Below, piece after piece: positions 18,276-27,818 of a stretch of 64,000 nucleotides of DNA. The number at the start of each line of letters is the position of its first letter. Position 1 is the first letter of the stretch. The DNA comes from an uncultured Pseudomonadota bacterium (GTDB taxonomy: Bacteria > Oederibacteriota > Muellerivitia > Muellerivitales > Muellerivitaceae): NCBI GenBank assembly GCA_963770835.1, contig CAVYRH010000004.1, positions 288,001-352,000 of the forward strand, given 5' to 3'. The position numbers were made by a program, and so were the translations under genes. Below the pieces are notes generated by a model. That model saw only the letters and a program-made list of their open reading frames with translations. It ran no database searches and was not told the origin of the DNA.

Positions 18276-20353
18276 TGAGCTGGTTCCTCCTCCTTCTTCG
18301 CATCGCATTCCGAAACATTTTCTCCAGCTTCCTCAACGTGGTAGTAGGCCTCATCATCCTGGCGGGCACTTTCTTTTTCGTGGTCGGAGGCTGCCTGGTC
18401 AACAGCATGGACAAGACCATGAGCAAGAGCATCATCGACTCGGTGGCCGGCCACATCCAGGTTTACGAGGCTTCCTCCAAGGACAAACCCGCGCTTTTCG
18501 ACAACTGGCAGATCCCGGACCTGGACCCCATCCCGGACTTCTCCGCGATCAAGGGGCCCCTCCTGTCCGATCCCAACGTCAAGGCCGTGGTGCCCGAGGG
18601 CGTCAATACCGCCATCGTGGTCTACGGCAACACCATCGACCAGATCCTGGAGAAGCTCCGCAAGGCCGAGTCGCCCGGCACAAGGCAACCCAAGGCCGTG
18701 ATTGATAGCTTGAAGGCCCACGTGCTGCAGATGGTCTCCGTCATCCAAACCGACATGGGAAAGCACAACAAGATCGGAGCGGCGGGTTCAGTGGACCCCC
18801 AATCGATCATTGACCTGCAGCGCGCGGCCTCACCGGCCTTTTGGGCCGGGTTCGACGCCGATCCCCTCAACCACCTGGAGTTCCTGGAAAACAAGATCGC
18901 CTACCTGGTGCCGGATTCGGACCAGATCTTCCTTTCCTACGTGGGCACGGATCTGGACGCCTTTGCCAAGTCCTTCGACCGCCTCCAGATCGTGGATGGC
19001 CAGAGGGTCCCCCCGGGCCACCGGGGCATGCTGCTGTCCAAGTACGTCTATGAAACCATGTTCAAGCTCAAGTCCGCCTACCGCCTGGACCAAATCCATC
19101 AGGCGGTCACGGAAAAGCGGCAGACCATCGCCAAAAACCCCGACCTGCAGGATTTGGTACGGCAGAACCGCCAACAAACCCGCGAAATTGTCCTTCAATT
19201 GGACCCCCTTTCCAGCCAGAAAGCCGTCTCCATCCTCCAAGCCACCCTGGGCTCGAAGGAGACGGACCTGCCCCCATTGCTTTCCGCCTTCTTCGACATG
19301 GACGACTCCAACTTCGAAGCTCGCTACAAGGTCTTTTACGACCAGATCGCCCCTTTGGTGGAACTCTATCGCCTGAAGCCGGGCGATACCCTGACCATCA
19401 AGACCTACACCAAATCGGGTTACGTTGAAGCCGTGAACGTGAAGATCTACGGCACCTTCCAGTTCAAGGGCCTGGAGAAATCCAGCATGGCCGGATCCCT
19501 GAGCCTGATGGACCTGATGAGCTTCCGGGACCTTTACGGCTACGTGACGCCAGAAAAGATCGCCGAAACAAAATCACTGGAGAAGGCCGCGGGCGTCAAG
19601 TTCGTCCCGCGGGACCAGGCCGAGGCCGACCTCTTCGGCGGCTCCTCCACCACCGTGGAAAAGGCCAAACAAAAGCCCATCAACGACGCGGCCGAGCTGG
19701 GCGGTGCCAAGGTGAAGCGGGTGGACCTGGCCAGCCAAACCTACAGCCAGGACGAGATCGAGAAGGGCGTAGTCATGGGGGCCGCCGTCATCCTGAAGGA
19801 CCCGGCCCAGTTGAAACAAACCATGAAGGAACTCCAGGTGATCTCGGATAAGAACAGCCTGGGCCTGAAGGTGATCGACTGGCAGATGTCCACGGGCTTC
19901 GTCGGGCAGTTCGTGAACATCACCAAACTTGTCCTTTTCCTGGCCAGCTTCATCATCTTCGTGGTGATGCTGGTCATCATCAACAACGCGGTGGTCATGG
20001 CCACCCTCCAGCGCATCCGGGAGATCGGCACCATGCGCGCCATCGGGGCCCGCCGCCTTTTTGTTCTGTTTATGGTCCTGATCGAGACCCTGGTCCTGGG
20101 ACTGTTCTTCGGGACCCTCGGATCGGCGCTGGGCAGCGCCCTGGTGGTCCTCCTCGGGCACTTCGGGATCACCGCGCCCAACGACTGGTTTTATTTCTTT
20201 TTCTCCGGGCCCAAGCTTTTCCCCTGGCTGAACGCGGGAAGCCTCATCGGTGCCTTCATCGTGGTGGTGATCGTTACCTGCATCTCGGCGCTTTATCCCG
20301 CCTGGATGGCGACGAGGGTGTCGCCAATCCAGGCCATCGCGGCGGAGGACTAA
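18275..20353 (+). CDS. FtsX/LolE-like ABC permease with an enlarged periplasmic domain
   Basis: IAFRNI, GHIQVY, RIREIGTMRAIG, ALYPAWMATRVSPIQAI. Confidence 0.88.
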   Translation: MSWFLLLLRIAFRNIFSSFLNVVVGLIILAGTFFFVVGGCLVNSMDKTMSKSIIDSVAGHIQVYEASSKDKPALFDNWQIPDLDPIPDFSAIKGPLLSDPNVKAVVPEGVNTAIVVYGNTIDQILEKLRKAESPGTRQPKAVIDSLKAHVLQMVSVIQTDMGKHNKIGAAGSVDPQSIIDLQRAASPAFWAGFDADPLNHLEFLENKIAYLVPDSDQIFLSYVGTDLDAFAKSFDRLQIVDGQRVPPGHRGMLLSKYVYETMFKLKSAYRLDQIHQAVTEKRQTIAKNPDLQDLVRQNRQQTREIVLQLDPLSSQKAVSILQATLGSKETDLPPLLSAFFDMDDSNFEARYKVFYDQIAPLVELYRLKPGDTLTIKTYTKSGYVEAVNVKIYGTFQFKGLEKSSMAGSLSLMDLMSFRDLYGYVTPEKIAETKSLEKAAGVKFVPRDQAEADLFGGSSTTVEKAKQKPINDAAELGGAKVKRVDLASQTYSQDEIEKGVVMGAAVILKDPAQLKQTMKELQVISDKNSLGLKVIDWQMSTGFVGQFVNITKLVLFLASFIIFVVMLVIINNAVVMATLQRIREIGTMRAIGARRLFVLFMVLIETLVLGLFFGTLGSALGSALVVLLGHFGITAPNDWFYFFFSGPKLFPWLNAGSLIGAFIVVVIVTCISALYPAWMATRVSPIQAIAAED

Positions 20354-20354
20354 A

Positions 20355-21680
20355 ATGAGACATTGGTTCGAAGGTTTTTCCCAATTGTTCCTGATCGCCT
20401 TCCGCAATCTTTTGACCCACAGCCGGCGCAGCCTGCTCCTGGGCGGCGCCATCGCGGGCGTGACCACCCTGCTGGTCTTCCTGGGCTGCCTTTCCTCGGG
20501 GGTGAAAGCCACCATGCTCGAGTCGGCCACCACGGTGGCCACCGGGCACCTGAATATTGGCGGCTTTTACAAGGTGACGGCCGGGCAAAGCGCGCCGTTG
20601 GTGACGGACTACCAGAAGATCGAGGACATCGTCGCCAAGACCCTGCCGGACCTGGATTACCTGACAGCCCGGGGCCGGGGCTGGGCCCGGCTGGTTTCGG
20701 CGGATACCAGCGCCCAGGTGGGAATCGCGGGCGTGGACATTGCCCACGAACCCCGCCTGCCCAAGGTCATTAAAATGGAGGAGGGAAAGGTGGAGGACCT
20801 GGCCAAACCCGGCTCCCTCCTCCTGTTTGAAACCCTGGCCAAAAAACTCAAGGTGAAGACCGGCGACAGCCTGGTCTTTTCCGTGCTCACCGACCGGGGC
20901 GTCAACAACACGGTGGACGTGCGGGTTTGCGGCGTGGCCAAGGACATGGGCCTGATGACGGCCTGGAACGTCTTCGTGCCGGAACAAACCCTCAATCAGC
21001 TCTACCAGATCAACGATTCGGCCACGGGCGCCATCCTCGTCTATCTGAAGAACATGAACCAAATCCCCCGGGACATGGACCTGTTGCGCAAGGCCCTTTC
21101 GGCCGCGGGCTATACGGTCATGGACCGGGAGGCCAACAAGGTCTTCTGGCAGAAGTTCGACGAGCTCAACCGCGAGGAATGGACCGGGCAGAAACTGGAT
21201 ATCACCACCTGGGAGGACGAGATCAGCTACATCATTTGGGCCCTGGCTGCCATCGACGGATTGAGCCTCCTTTTGACCACTATCCTTCTAATCATCATCG
21301 CCGTGGGGATCATGAATTCCCTTTGGATCGCCATCCGGGAGCGCACCCGCGAGATCGGGACGCTGCGCGCCATCGGCATGCGGCGCCGGGCCGTGATGGG
21401 CATGTTCGTGATGGAGGCCTTCTGCTTGGGGGCCCTCGGCACGGCCGCCGGAGCCCTCCTGGGAAGCCTTTTGGCGGTTTTCCTCGACGCCCTGCACCTG
21501 CCGGTGCCGCCGGGCGCGGAATTCTTCATCATGTCCTCCACCTTCCACTTCGCGCTGGACCCGGAGCGCATCTTCAAGGGGGCGGCCATCATCACCCTTT
21601 GCTGCACGCTGATTTCGCTGATCCCTTCGTTCAGGGCGGCCCGGATGAAACCCATCACGGCCATGTCCCATGTCGGATGA
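20355..21680 (+). CDS. FtsX/LolE-like ABC permease
   Basis: IAFRNLL, ERTREIGTLRAIG, PSFRAARMKPITAM. Confidence 0.9.
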   Translation: MRHWFEGFSQLFLIAFRNLLTHSRRSLLLGGAIAGVTTLLVFLGCLSSGVKATMLESATTVATGHLNIGGFYKVTAGQSAPLVTDYQKIEDIVAKTLPDLDYLTARGRGWARLVSADTSAQVGIAGVDIAHEPRLPKVIKMEEGKVEDLAKPGSLLLFETLAKKLKVKTGDSLVFSVLTDRGVNNTVDVRVCGVAKDMGLMTAWNVFVPEQTLNQLYQINDSATGAILVYLKNMNQIPRDMDLLRKALSAAGYTVMDREANKVFWQKFDELNREEWTGQKLDITTWEDEISYIIWALAAIDGLSLLLTTILLIIIAVGIMNSLWIAIRERTREIGTLRAIGMRRRAVMGMFVMEAFCLGALGTAAGALLGSLLAVFLDALHLPVPPGAEFFIMSSTFHFALDPERIFKGAAIITLCCTLISLIPSFRAARMKPITAMSHVG

Positions 21681-21685
21681 AAAAC

Positions 21686-21720
21686 CAGTTTACAGTTGGC
21701 AGTTCGCAATCGACAGTTGA
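21686..21720 (+). repeat. Period-7 array (single arm) inside the ABC operon
   Basis: CAGTTTA CAGTTGG CAGTTCG CAATCGA CAGTTGA; same unit as 63210-63283. Confidence 0.75.
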
Positions 21721-21743
21721 AGACTAAAGAAAAGGATTCTCTT

Positions 21744-22520
21744 ATGAAGACCCGGTTATTGTTTTTATCAGCGGTGTTGTTGGCGCCGGGGATACTGTTC
21801 GCCCAGGGGTTGAGCCAGGAAAAGATGATTGAAATCCTCAAGGGCATCGACCTGCGCATCCGAAGCGGCGGCGACTACAAGGCCCTGGTCTACCTGGAAC
21901 AGCACCAGAAGGACAAGCCCGACATCGCCCAGGAGGCCCTGGTGTACCGCAGGGACGTCGACCAGAAGCTCATGATTCTCTTCACCAAGCCCAAGACCGA
22001 CGCGGGTAAGGGCTACCTGCGGGTGGACCGGAACCTCTGGTACTACGACCCCACGGTGGGCAAGTGGGAGCGCCGTACGGACCGCGAGCGCATCGGCGGC
22101 ACGGACTCGAACCGCGAGGACTTCGACCAGTCGGACCTGGCCAACCAGTACGACCCCCAGTTCGTGGGCGAGGAAAAGTTGGGCAGCTTCACCGTCTGGC
22201 ACCTGAAATTAACCGTCAAGCCGGGCATCGACGTGGCCTACCCGATCGTGGAGTTCTGGGTGGACGAGGCCACGGGCAACTACCTCAAGCGGCAGGACTT
22301 CGCCCTGTCGGGGCGGCTCATGCGCACCAGCTACGACCCTAAGTGGGACAAGCTCTACAGCGACGCCAAGAAGGATTACCAGTGGTTCCCGCACGAGATC
22401 CACATCTACGACGAGATCGACAAGGGCAATTCCACCCTGGTCATCATCCAGTCGGTGGACCTGTCGCCCCTGCCGGAAAACATGTTCACGAAAGCGTGGC
22501 TGGAAACGAAGAGCCGGTAA
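21744..22520 (+). CDS. LolA-like outer-membrane lipoprotein-sorting protein
   Basis: Signal peptide; ILFTKPKTDAGKGYL..DRNLWYY, GTDSNREDF, LPENMFTKAWLE. Confidence 0.82.
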   Translation: MKTRLLFLSAVLLAPGILFAQGLSQEKMIEILKGIDLRIRSGGDYKALVYLEQHQKDKPDIAQEALVYRRDVDQKLMILFTKPKTDAGKGYLRVDRNLWYYDPTVGKWERRTDRERIGGTDSNREDFDQSDLANQYDPQFVGEEKLGSFTVWHLKLTVKPGIDVAYPIVEFWVDEATGNYLKRQDFALSGRLMRTSYDPKWDKLYSDAKKDYQWFPHEIHIYDEIDKGNSTLVIIQSVDLSPLPENMFTKAWLETKSR

Positions 22521-22539
22521 CCTAAGCAAAAAATTCATG

Positions 22540-22640
22540 GCCACGGATGCACACGGATTAACACGGGTAAGATTTACAATTTCAACAAAAGCTTTTGGAT
22601 TCTTTTTATTCATCTGTGTTCATCCGTGTGCATCCGTGGC
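22540..22640. repeat. Period-10 CACGGAT palindromic element, copy 1
   Basis: GCCACGGATGCACACGGAT...ATCCGTGTGCATCCGTGGC perfect 19-bp inverted repeat, three units per arm, AT-rich spacer. Confidence 0.88.
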
Positions 22641-22679
22641 AAAATTGCCTTTCGTCGTTTTTGCTTAAAGGGGTTCGAA

Positions 22680-23948
22680 ATGAAAAGGTTCCTTATCTTG
22701 GCTGCTGTTCTTTTGGTGGCGTCACCGCTCTTGGCCGACGACCGGCCTTCCGAAAGCGAAATGTTCGGCGGAACCTCCACCACGGCCACCCCAGGGCCCA
22801 CGCCAGCCGCCTCCAACCCGGATACCATGGCCGGCAAACCCAACAACCTTTTAACCTCCGCCGAAGAGAACACCCAAATCGGCGGCACCCTTTCCACCGA
22901 GGCGGATTATTACCTCCAGAAGGGAACTTCCCTGAACCAGGACGTCATCAGCAATCCCAACATCCTCTTCCTCTACCTGGACTCCAAGCTGGAGAACGAC
23001 AACCGGGTTTTCGTCCGCCTTCGCACCTTCTACGATCCCACCGGGGTCTCCAGCGGCAGTGTCACCGCCAGTAGTTACGTTAACCCCTACGGCTTCGGCC
23101 AACAAAACAGCGACAACCTCTCGGTGCAGCTGCAGGAACTGCGCATCTCAGCCAACCTCGCCCACGAGATCTTCCTCACCATTGGCCGCCAGAAAGTGAA
23201 GTACGGGGCGGCCAAGTTCTTCAACCCCACCGACTTCCTCAACTCCCAGCCCTACGACTTTTTCCTGCCCTCGGACGAGCGCACGGGCGTGGACATGGTT
23301 ATGGCCCAGATTCCATCTGGCACGGCCAACCTCTACCTGACCGGGCTTCCCGGCAACCCCACCAACGGCAACCCCGCCGGGGGCTATTTCCGGGGGGAAG
23401 TGGGCTACGACAGCTTCGGCTTCCTGGAGAGCGGTGAGATCTCGCTTTCGGGCTATCTGCCCAAGGGCCAGTCGGGCCGGGGTGGGTTCGACATCTCCCA
23501 GGGCATCGGCGATCTGGACGCCTATTTCGAGGGGGCCGCGGGGCAGAATTCCAGCGGCAACTGGGAAGGCGCCTTCAGCACGGGCGCCAGCTGGGAAGTC
23601 CGCTACGCCGACGAACAGACCCAAACCGTGACCCTGGAGGCGGAATACGCTAGTTACCCCACCTTGAGCGCGGGATCGAGCTTCGAGAGCTATTCCTCCA
23701 CGCAGTTCGGCATCTTCGCCCTGGACCTGGCCAGCCCCTTCAAGTGGACGGACATGACCTTCGCTGAAACCAACCTTTATGACTTCAACGGCCAGAGCGG
23801 CTATTCCCGGCTGGACGTCATCTGCCAGTTCACGAACCGCATCGACGGCCGGGTCTATGCGTCGGCTCCCTGGGGCAACACGGGCGGCACCTTCGACCAG
23901 GGCAACCTCCTGGCGCAGACCGGAGCCCGGATGGACGTGAACTTCTAG
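22680..23948 (+). CDS. Putative outer-membrane beta-barrel protein
   Basis: Signal peptide, IGRQKVKYG...FNPTDF porin-like motif, amphipathic strands, C-terminal Phe. Confidence 0.65.
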   Translation: MKRFLILAAVLLVASPLLADDRPSESEMFGGTSTTATPGPTPAASNPDTMAGKPNNLLTSAEENTQIGGTLSTEADYYLQKGTSLNQDVISNPNILFLYLDSKLENDNRVFVRLRTFYDPTGVSSGSVTASSYVNPYGFGQQNSDNLSVQLQELRISANLAHEIFLTIGRQKVKYGAAKFFNPTDFLNSQPYDFFLPSDERTGVDMVMAQIPSGTANLYLTGLPGNPTNGNPAGGYFRGEVGYDSFGFLESGEISLSGYLPKGQSGRGGFDISQGIGDLDAYFEGAAGQNSSGNWEGAFSTGASWEVRYADEQTQTVTLEAEYASYPTLSAGSSFESYSSTQFGIFALDLASPFKWTDMTFAETNLYDFNGQSGYSRLDVICQFTNRIDGRVYASAPWGNTGGTFDQGNLLAQTGARMDVNF

Positions 23949-23967
23949 GGCGGATGGGGGGATCCTC

Positions 23968-24225
23968 GTGGAATTCAAACGGAAAATCACCAAGCGCTAC
24001 CCCAACGGGGAAATTACCGTCATCTGGCAGCCGCATCTCTGCATCCATTCGGGAATCTGCGCGGCGGGGCTTCCCAAGGTTTTCGATCCCTCCCGGCGGC
24101 CCTGGGTGGACCCCCACGCGGCCGGGACCATCGAGATCCGCAACCAAGTCATCATGTGCCCCTCGGGCGCCCTGACGCTGGATCCGCCTCCCAAACTTGA
24201 GGATTTGAAGCCGCCTACGACGTAA
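23968..24225 (+). CDS. Divergent 4Fe-4S mono-cluster protein (YjdI-like)
   Basis: CIHSGIC...PKVFD...RPWV...CPSGAL. Confidence 0.88.
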   Translation: MEFKRKITKRYPNGEITVIWQPHLCIHSGICAAGLPKVFDPSRRPWVDPHAAGTIEIRNQVIMCPSGALTLDPPPKLEDLKPPTT

Positions 24226-24260
24226 ACGGCCAACCCCAAACAAAAATCTAAAGTCGATTC

Positions 24261-24356
24261 GGCCACGGATGAACACGGATTCACGCGGATAAATTAAACT
24301 CCAAACAGAATTTTGAGACTTTATCCTTTTTTATCCATCCGTGTGCATCCGTGGCC
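24261..24356. repeat. Period-10 CACGGAT palindromic element, copy 2
   Basis: GGCCACGGATGAACACGGAT...ATCCGTGTGCATCCGTGGCC; spacer unrelated to that of copy 1. Confidence 0.88.
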
Positions 24357-24375
24357 ATTCGGCTTTTGTTTCCGC

Positions 24376-24400
24376 GTTACACCTTGTTACAAAGTGAAAC
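24376..24400 (+). promoter_or_regulatory. Triple direct-repeat box 3
   Basis: GTTAC ACCTT GTTAC AAAGT GAAAC upstream of the 24490 gene. Confidence 0.72.
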
Positions 24401-24489
24401 AGCCCCGAAAAGCTTTCCTCCCCTTCCCACCTTATCTTGAAATCACGGGGAAGTTTTCAAGCCCCGATTTCAACTGAAGGAGAAGCAAA

Positions 24490-24807
24490 ATGGAACTCAA
24501 CGAACAAGATAAGGACCGCATCATCGCCGAAGAAAAACTCCGCATGGAAACCCGAAAGGAATTTTTCAAGGAGCATTTCGGCGGCATGCATGGCATGGGC
24601 CGCTGGGGCGGGGGCTGGCACGGCTACGGCTGCCACGGCTACCGCTACGGGGAATTCGGGTTGTTCAAGGTCCTCATCCTGGCCGCGGTCATCTTCGGCC
24701 TTTTCCACCTGTGGCACAGGCCCTATTGCGGCTATCCGGGTTATTACGGCTACCCCTATCCGGCGCCCCAATCGGCTCCGGCCCCTCAACCGCCCGTTAA
24801 GAACTAA
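24490..24807 (+). CDS. Small single-TM Gly/His/Tyr-rich hypothetical protein
   Basis: AAGGAG RBS; charged N-terminus, one TM, Pro-rich tail. Confidence 0.7.
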   Translation: MELNEQDKDRIIAEEKLRMETRKEFFKEHFGGMHGMGRWGGGWHGYGCHGYRYGEFGLFKVLILAAVIFGLFHLWHRPYCGYPGYYGYPYPAPQSAPAPQPPVKN

Positions 24808-24978
24808 AAAGCTTGGCATCCAATGCCTCAAATCGATTGAAAGGCGGGGAGGGCGCCGAAAAGCGTCTTCCCCGGCCCTTAACTAAGGGTTAACCCCTGG
24901 TCCCCCCCGGCCCCGACACGCCAAAATTGTCGCGAGCAGGTTCTTTCGTTACGAAAAAGAAAAATTTAAAAAAGGGTA

Positions 24979-25016
24979 TTGACACTGTTCCTGATAATCA
25001 GTACTACTGATCATCA
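24979..25016 (+). promoter_or_regulatory. Promoter and probable MarR operator
   Basis: TTGACA at 24979; palindrome TGATAATCAGTA-C-TACTGATCATCA (24992-25016, 11/12 match) over the -10 region. Confidence 0.75.
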
Positions 25017-25047
25017 CTGGCAGTGAACGAAAGGCGCAAGGCGTGTC

Positions 25048-25563
25048 ATGATCCTCAAGAAAGTCGAAAAAAGGCCCGAAGAAACCCAGGAGGGCGAACT
25101 GGGCCTTTCCGAGTGCCTTCTGGGCCGCACCGGGTTTCTCCTGAACAAATCGGCCTACCGTTTTAAGGAGGCCTATGAGGAACGCCTCGGCCCCCTGGGG
25201 CTGGCCGCCAAGCATTACGGCACCCTCTCGGTCCTGGAAGAAAGGGGCTCCATCACCCAACAGGAGATCGGGAAGTGCATTTATGTGGACCGGACCACCA
25301 TGGTCGGCATCCTGGATGATTTGGAAAAATCAGGTTTCGTGGAACGCAAGGAGCATCCCACCGACCGGCGGTCCCATGCCGTTTACCTGACGGCCAAGGG
25401 CAAGGAGGTCCTCTCCAAGGCCCACCACTTGGCCGCGGCGGTGGAAAAGCAGTTTTTGGAATGTCTTTCGGCGAAGGAGCAAAAAGAGCTCCGGGGGCTT
25501 TTGAGGAAATTGGTCGTTACGCATTATTCGTCAACCAAGGCTAAGGAAAGAGGGGAAGGATGA
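25048..25563 (+). CDS. MarR-family transcriptional regulator
   Basis: ITQQEIG...DRTTMVGILDDLEKSGFVER..HPTDRRSHAVYLT. Confidence 0.95.
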   Translation: MILKKVEKRPEETQEGELGLSECLLGRTGFLLNKSAYRFKEAYEERLGPLGLAAKHYGTLSVLEERGSITQQEIGKCIYVDRTTMVGILDDLEKSGFVERKEHPTDRRSHAVYLTAKGKEVLSKAHHLAAAVEKQFLECLSAKEQKELRGLLRKLVVTHYSSTKAKERGEG

Positions 25564-26924
25564 AAAGAACGGCAAGGTTGCTCTTCATGCTGGCGGTTTC
25601 GGCGGCTTCCCTTGCGGGGGCCCAGGACAACGCGGCCCCGGTTTCCACCGGGTCCCTGACCCTGGAGCAGGCCCAGAAGGAAGCCCTGCAAAATTCACCG
25701 GACTACCGCTCGGCCCAGGACGCGGAAAAAGAGGCGGGTTGGGAGCAACTGGAGGCGATCTCCAAGGGGTTTCTTCCCAGCGTGACGGTCAGCGGCAAGC
25801 AATTCTTCGCGACTAAGTACGCGCAGGAAGGCGTTAATTTCCTGGGGCCCAACGAGTTCAGCCCCTTCCCTGAGAACTTCCCCAACACCACCCTCGCGTT
25901 AGACGCGAACTTCGACCTCTTCGACGGCTTTAAGAACATCCATCAATTGGACGCAGCTAACAACGGCCACGAGGCGAAAAAGGTCCTTTCCGATTACGCC
26001 CTGATTCATCTCCAGGAGGACGTGCGATTCAAGTTTTACGCCTCCCTCGCCACCAAGCTGCTCTCGGACATGGCGGATGAGAATGTGAAGACCCTTGAAA
26101 GCCATTTGAACATTGTGGAAGACCAACTGGCCAACGGCCAGGCCACCAAGTACGACCAACTACGTGTGGACGTGCAGTTGTCCGAGGCCAAGTCCGAGGC
26201 CGTTTCCTACCATGACAATGTGGCCTTGGCCCGGGAGGCCCTGACTCGCTCCATGGGGCTCAAGGACGATTCGCGGGCCCTGACCGGCGAGATGCCCGTG
26301 TTGGACCTGGACGCCTTGATTCAGGACGTGACCGCCATCGACATCACCCAAAGCCCCCAACTGCAGGCCACGAAGCTTCAGTCCTTGGCCGCGGCCGACC
26401 AAAGCGCCGCCGCCGGCGCGGCGCTTTGGGTGCCGAAGATCTCCCTGATCGGCGAGTACCAGTGGTACAACAGCCAGGATTACAACTTCTCCGCCAACCA
26501 AATCAATAACACGGGCGACTACCTTAACTCCTACTTCTTCGGCGCCTCCGCCACCTGGAACATCCTGGACGGTGGGGAATCGGTGGCCAAGGCCAACGAG
26601 GCGGACGAACAAGCCAAACAAGCCAAGGATAATTACGAAGCCGCCCAACTCCAGACCCCCTACGATTTTGACCAATGGAAGAGGCGGCTGGCTTCCAGCG
26701 TGGCCCTTTACAAGACCCAGTTGAAGAACGTGGACGAGGCCAAGGAAAGCGCACGGCTGGCCTTGGTGAGTTATAAGGCCGGCACGCGCACTACCACTGA
26801 CGTTTTGGATGCGGAATCGGAAGAGTACAGGGCTTCCGCCGAACTGGTGCAGGCCCAATTGGGAGCCTTGGAGGCCCTCATTAATCTGGAACTTTTAACA
26901 GGAAAGAGGTTGAGCCATGACTAA
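25560..26924 (+). CDS. TolC-family outer-membrane efflux protein
   Basis: Signal peptide, LTLEQA...NSP, LFDGF, YKAGTRTTTDVLDAE. Confidence 0.9.
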   Translation: MKRTARLLFMLAVSAASLAGAQDNAAPVSTGSLTLEQAQKEALQNSPDYRSAQDAEKEAGWEQLEAISKGFLPSVTVSGKQFFATKYAQEGVNFLGPNEFSPFPENFPNTTLALDANFDLFDGFKNIHQLDAANNGHEAKKVLSDYALIHLQEDVRFKFYASLATKLLSDMADENVKTLESHLNIVEDQLANGQATKYDQLRVDVQLSEAKSEAVSYHDNVALAREALTRSMGLKDDSRALTGEMPVLDLDALIQDVTAIDITQSPQLQATKLQSLAAADQSAAAGAALWVPKISLIGEYQWYNSQDYNFSANQINNTGDYLNSYFFGASATWNILDGGESVAKANEADEQAKQAKDNYEAAQLQTPYDFDQWKRRLASSVALYKTQLKNVDEAKESARLALVSYKAGTRTTTDVLDAESEEYRASAELVQAQLGALEALINLELLTGKRLSHD

Positions 26925-27804
26925 GACAATACCCTCGCCCGCGGCGGCGCCCGACAACGGGAAAAGAAAAAATATCCTGCGGATCGTGGCCGTTGTGGCG
27001 GTTGTGATCGCCGGTTACTTCATCGTGAAGAATTACTACTACGAGGGCACGGATGACGCCTATGTAGAGGCCCACGCCCTCATGCTGGCCCCGCGCATCA
27101 GCGGCACGGTGACCCAGGTGAATGTGGTGGAAAACCAGGCGGTGACCATGGGCCAGGTGCTGGCCCAACTGGATGACCATGACTATTCGCAAGCCATGAC
27201 CCAGGCTCTGGGCGACCAAAACTCCGTCCAGGCGGATCTCGACCAGGCCTACAAGGACCTGGGACGCATTAAGAAGCTCCTTGACGACCAGGCGGTTTCT
27301 AAATCCGACTACGACGCCGCCGTGGCCAAATATGGCAACCTGAGTAACCGCTTGAAGGCCGACCAGGCCAAGGTGGCCCAGGCCAACCTCAACTTGGACT
27401 ATACCAAGATCGTCGCGCCCACCGACGGCACCATTGCCAAGAAGTCGGTGGAGGTGGGAATGGTGGTTCCGCAAGGCCAGGCGTTGTTCGGCTTCGTCTC
27501 CTCCAATGAGCGTTGGGTGGAGGCCAATTTCAAGGAAACCCAGCTCTCCCGCATCAAGCCCGGCCAGAACGTGAACGTGGAAGTGGACGCCATTTCCGGA
27601 AAGAACTTCCACGGCGTAGTGGACAGTATCGGCTCGGCCACCGGATCGACCTTCACCCTTTTGCCACCGGATAATTCCACGGGCAACTTCACCAAGGTGG
27701 TCCAGCGCGTTCCGGTGAAGATCGACCTGCCCAATCTCTCGAAGGACGAAATAGACCGCCTGGCGGCGGGGTTGTCCGCTGTTGTGAATATAAAAGTTCA
27801 CTGA
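26917..27804 (+). CDS. EmrA/HlyD-family periplasmic adaptor
   Basis: TDDAYV, WVEANFKETQL, PPDNSTGNFTKVVQRVPVKI. Confidence 0.95.
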   Translation: MTKTIPSPAAAPDNGKRKNILRIVAVVAVVIAGYFIVKNYYYEGTDDAYVEAHALMLAPRISGTVTQVNVVENQAVTMGQVLAQLDDHDYSQAMTQALGDQNSVQADLDQAYKDLGRIKKLLDDQAVSKSDYDAAVAKYGNLSNRLKADQAKVAQANLNLDYTKIVAPTDGTIAKKSVEVGMVVPQGQALFGFVSSNERWVEANFKETQLSRIKPGQNVNVEVDAISGKNFHGVVDSIGSATGSTFTLLPPDNSTGNFTKVVQRVPVKIDLPNLSKDEIDRLAAGLSAVVNIKVH

Positions 27805-27818
27805 AAAGAGGTTTTGGG

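Noticed and set aside
22540..24356. CRISPR array interpretation of the short repeats
   Set aside because: The repeats are 7-10 bp tandem or inverted units without unique spacers, and there are no cas genes
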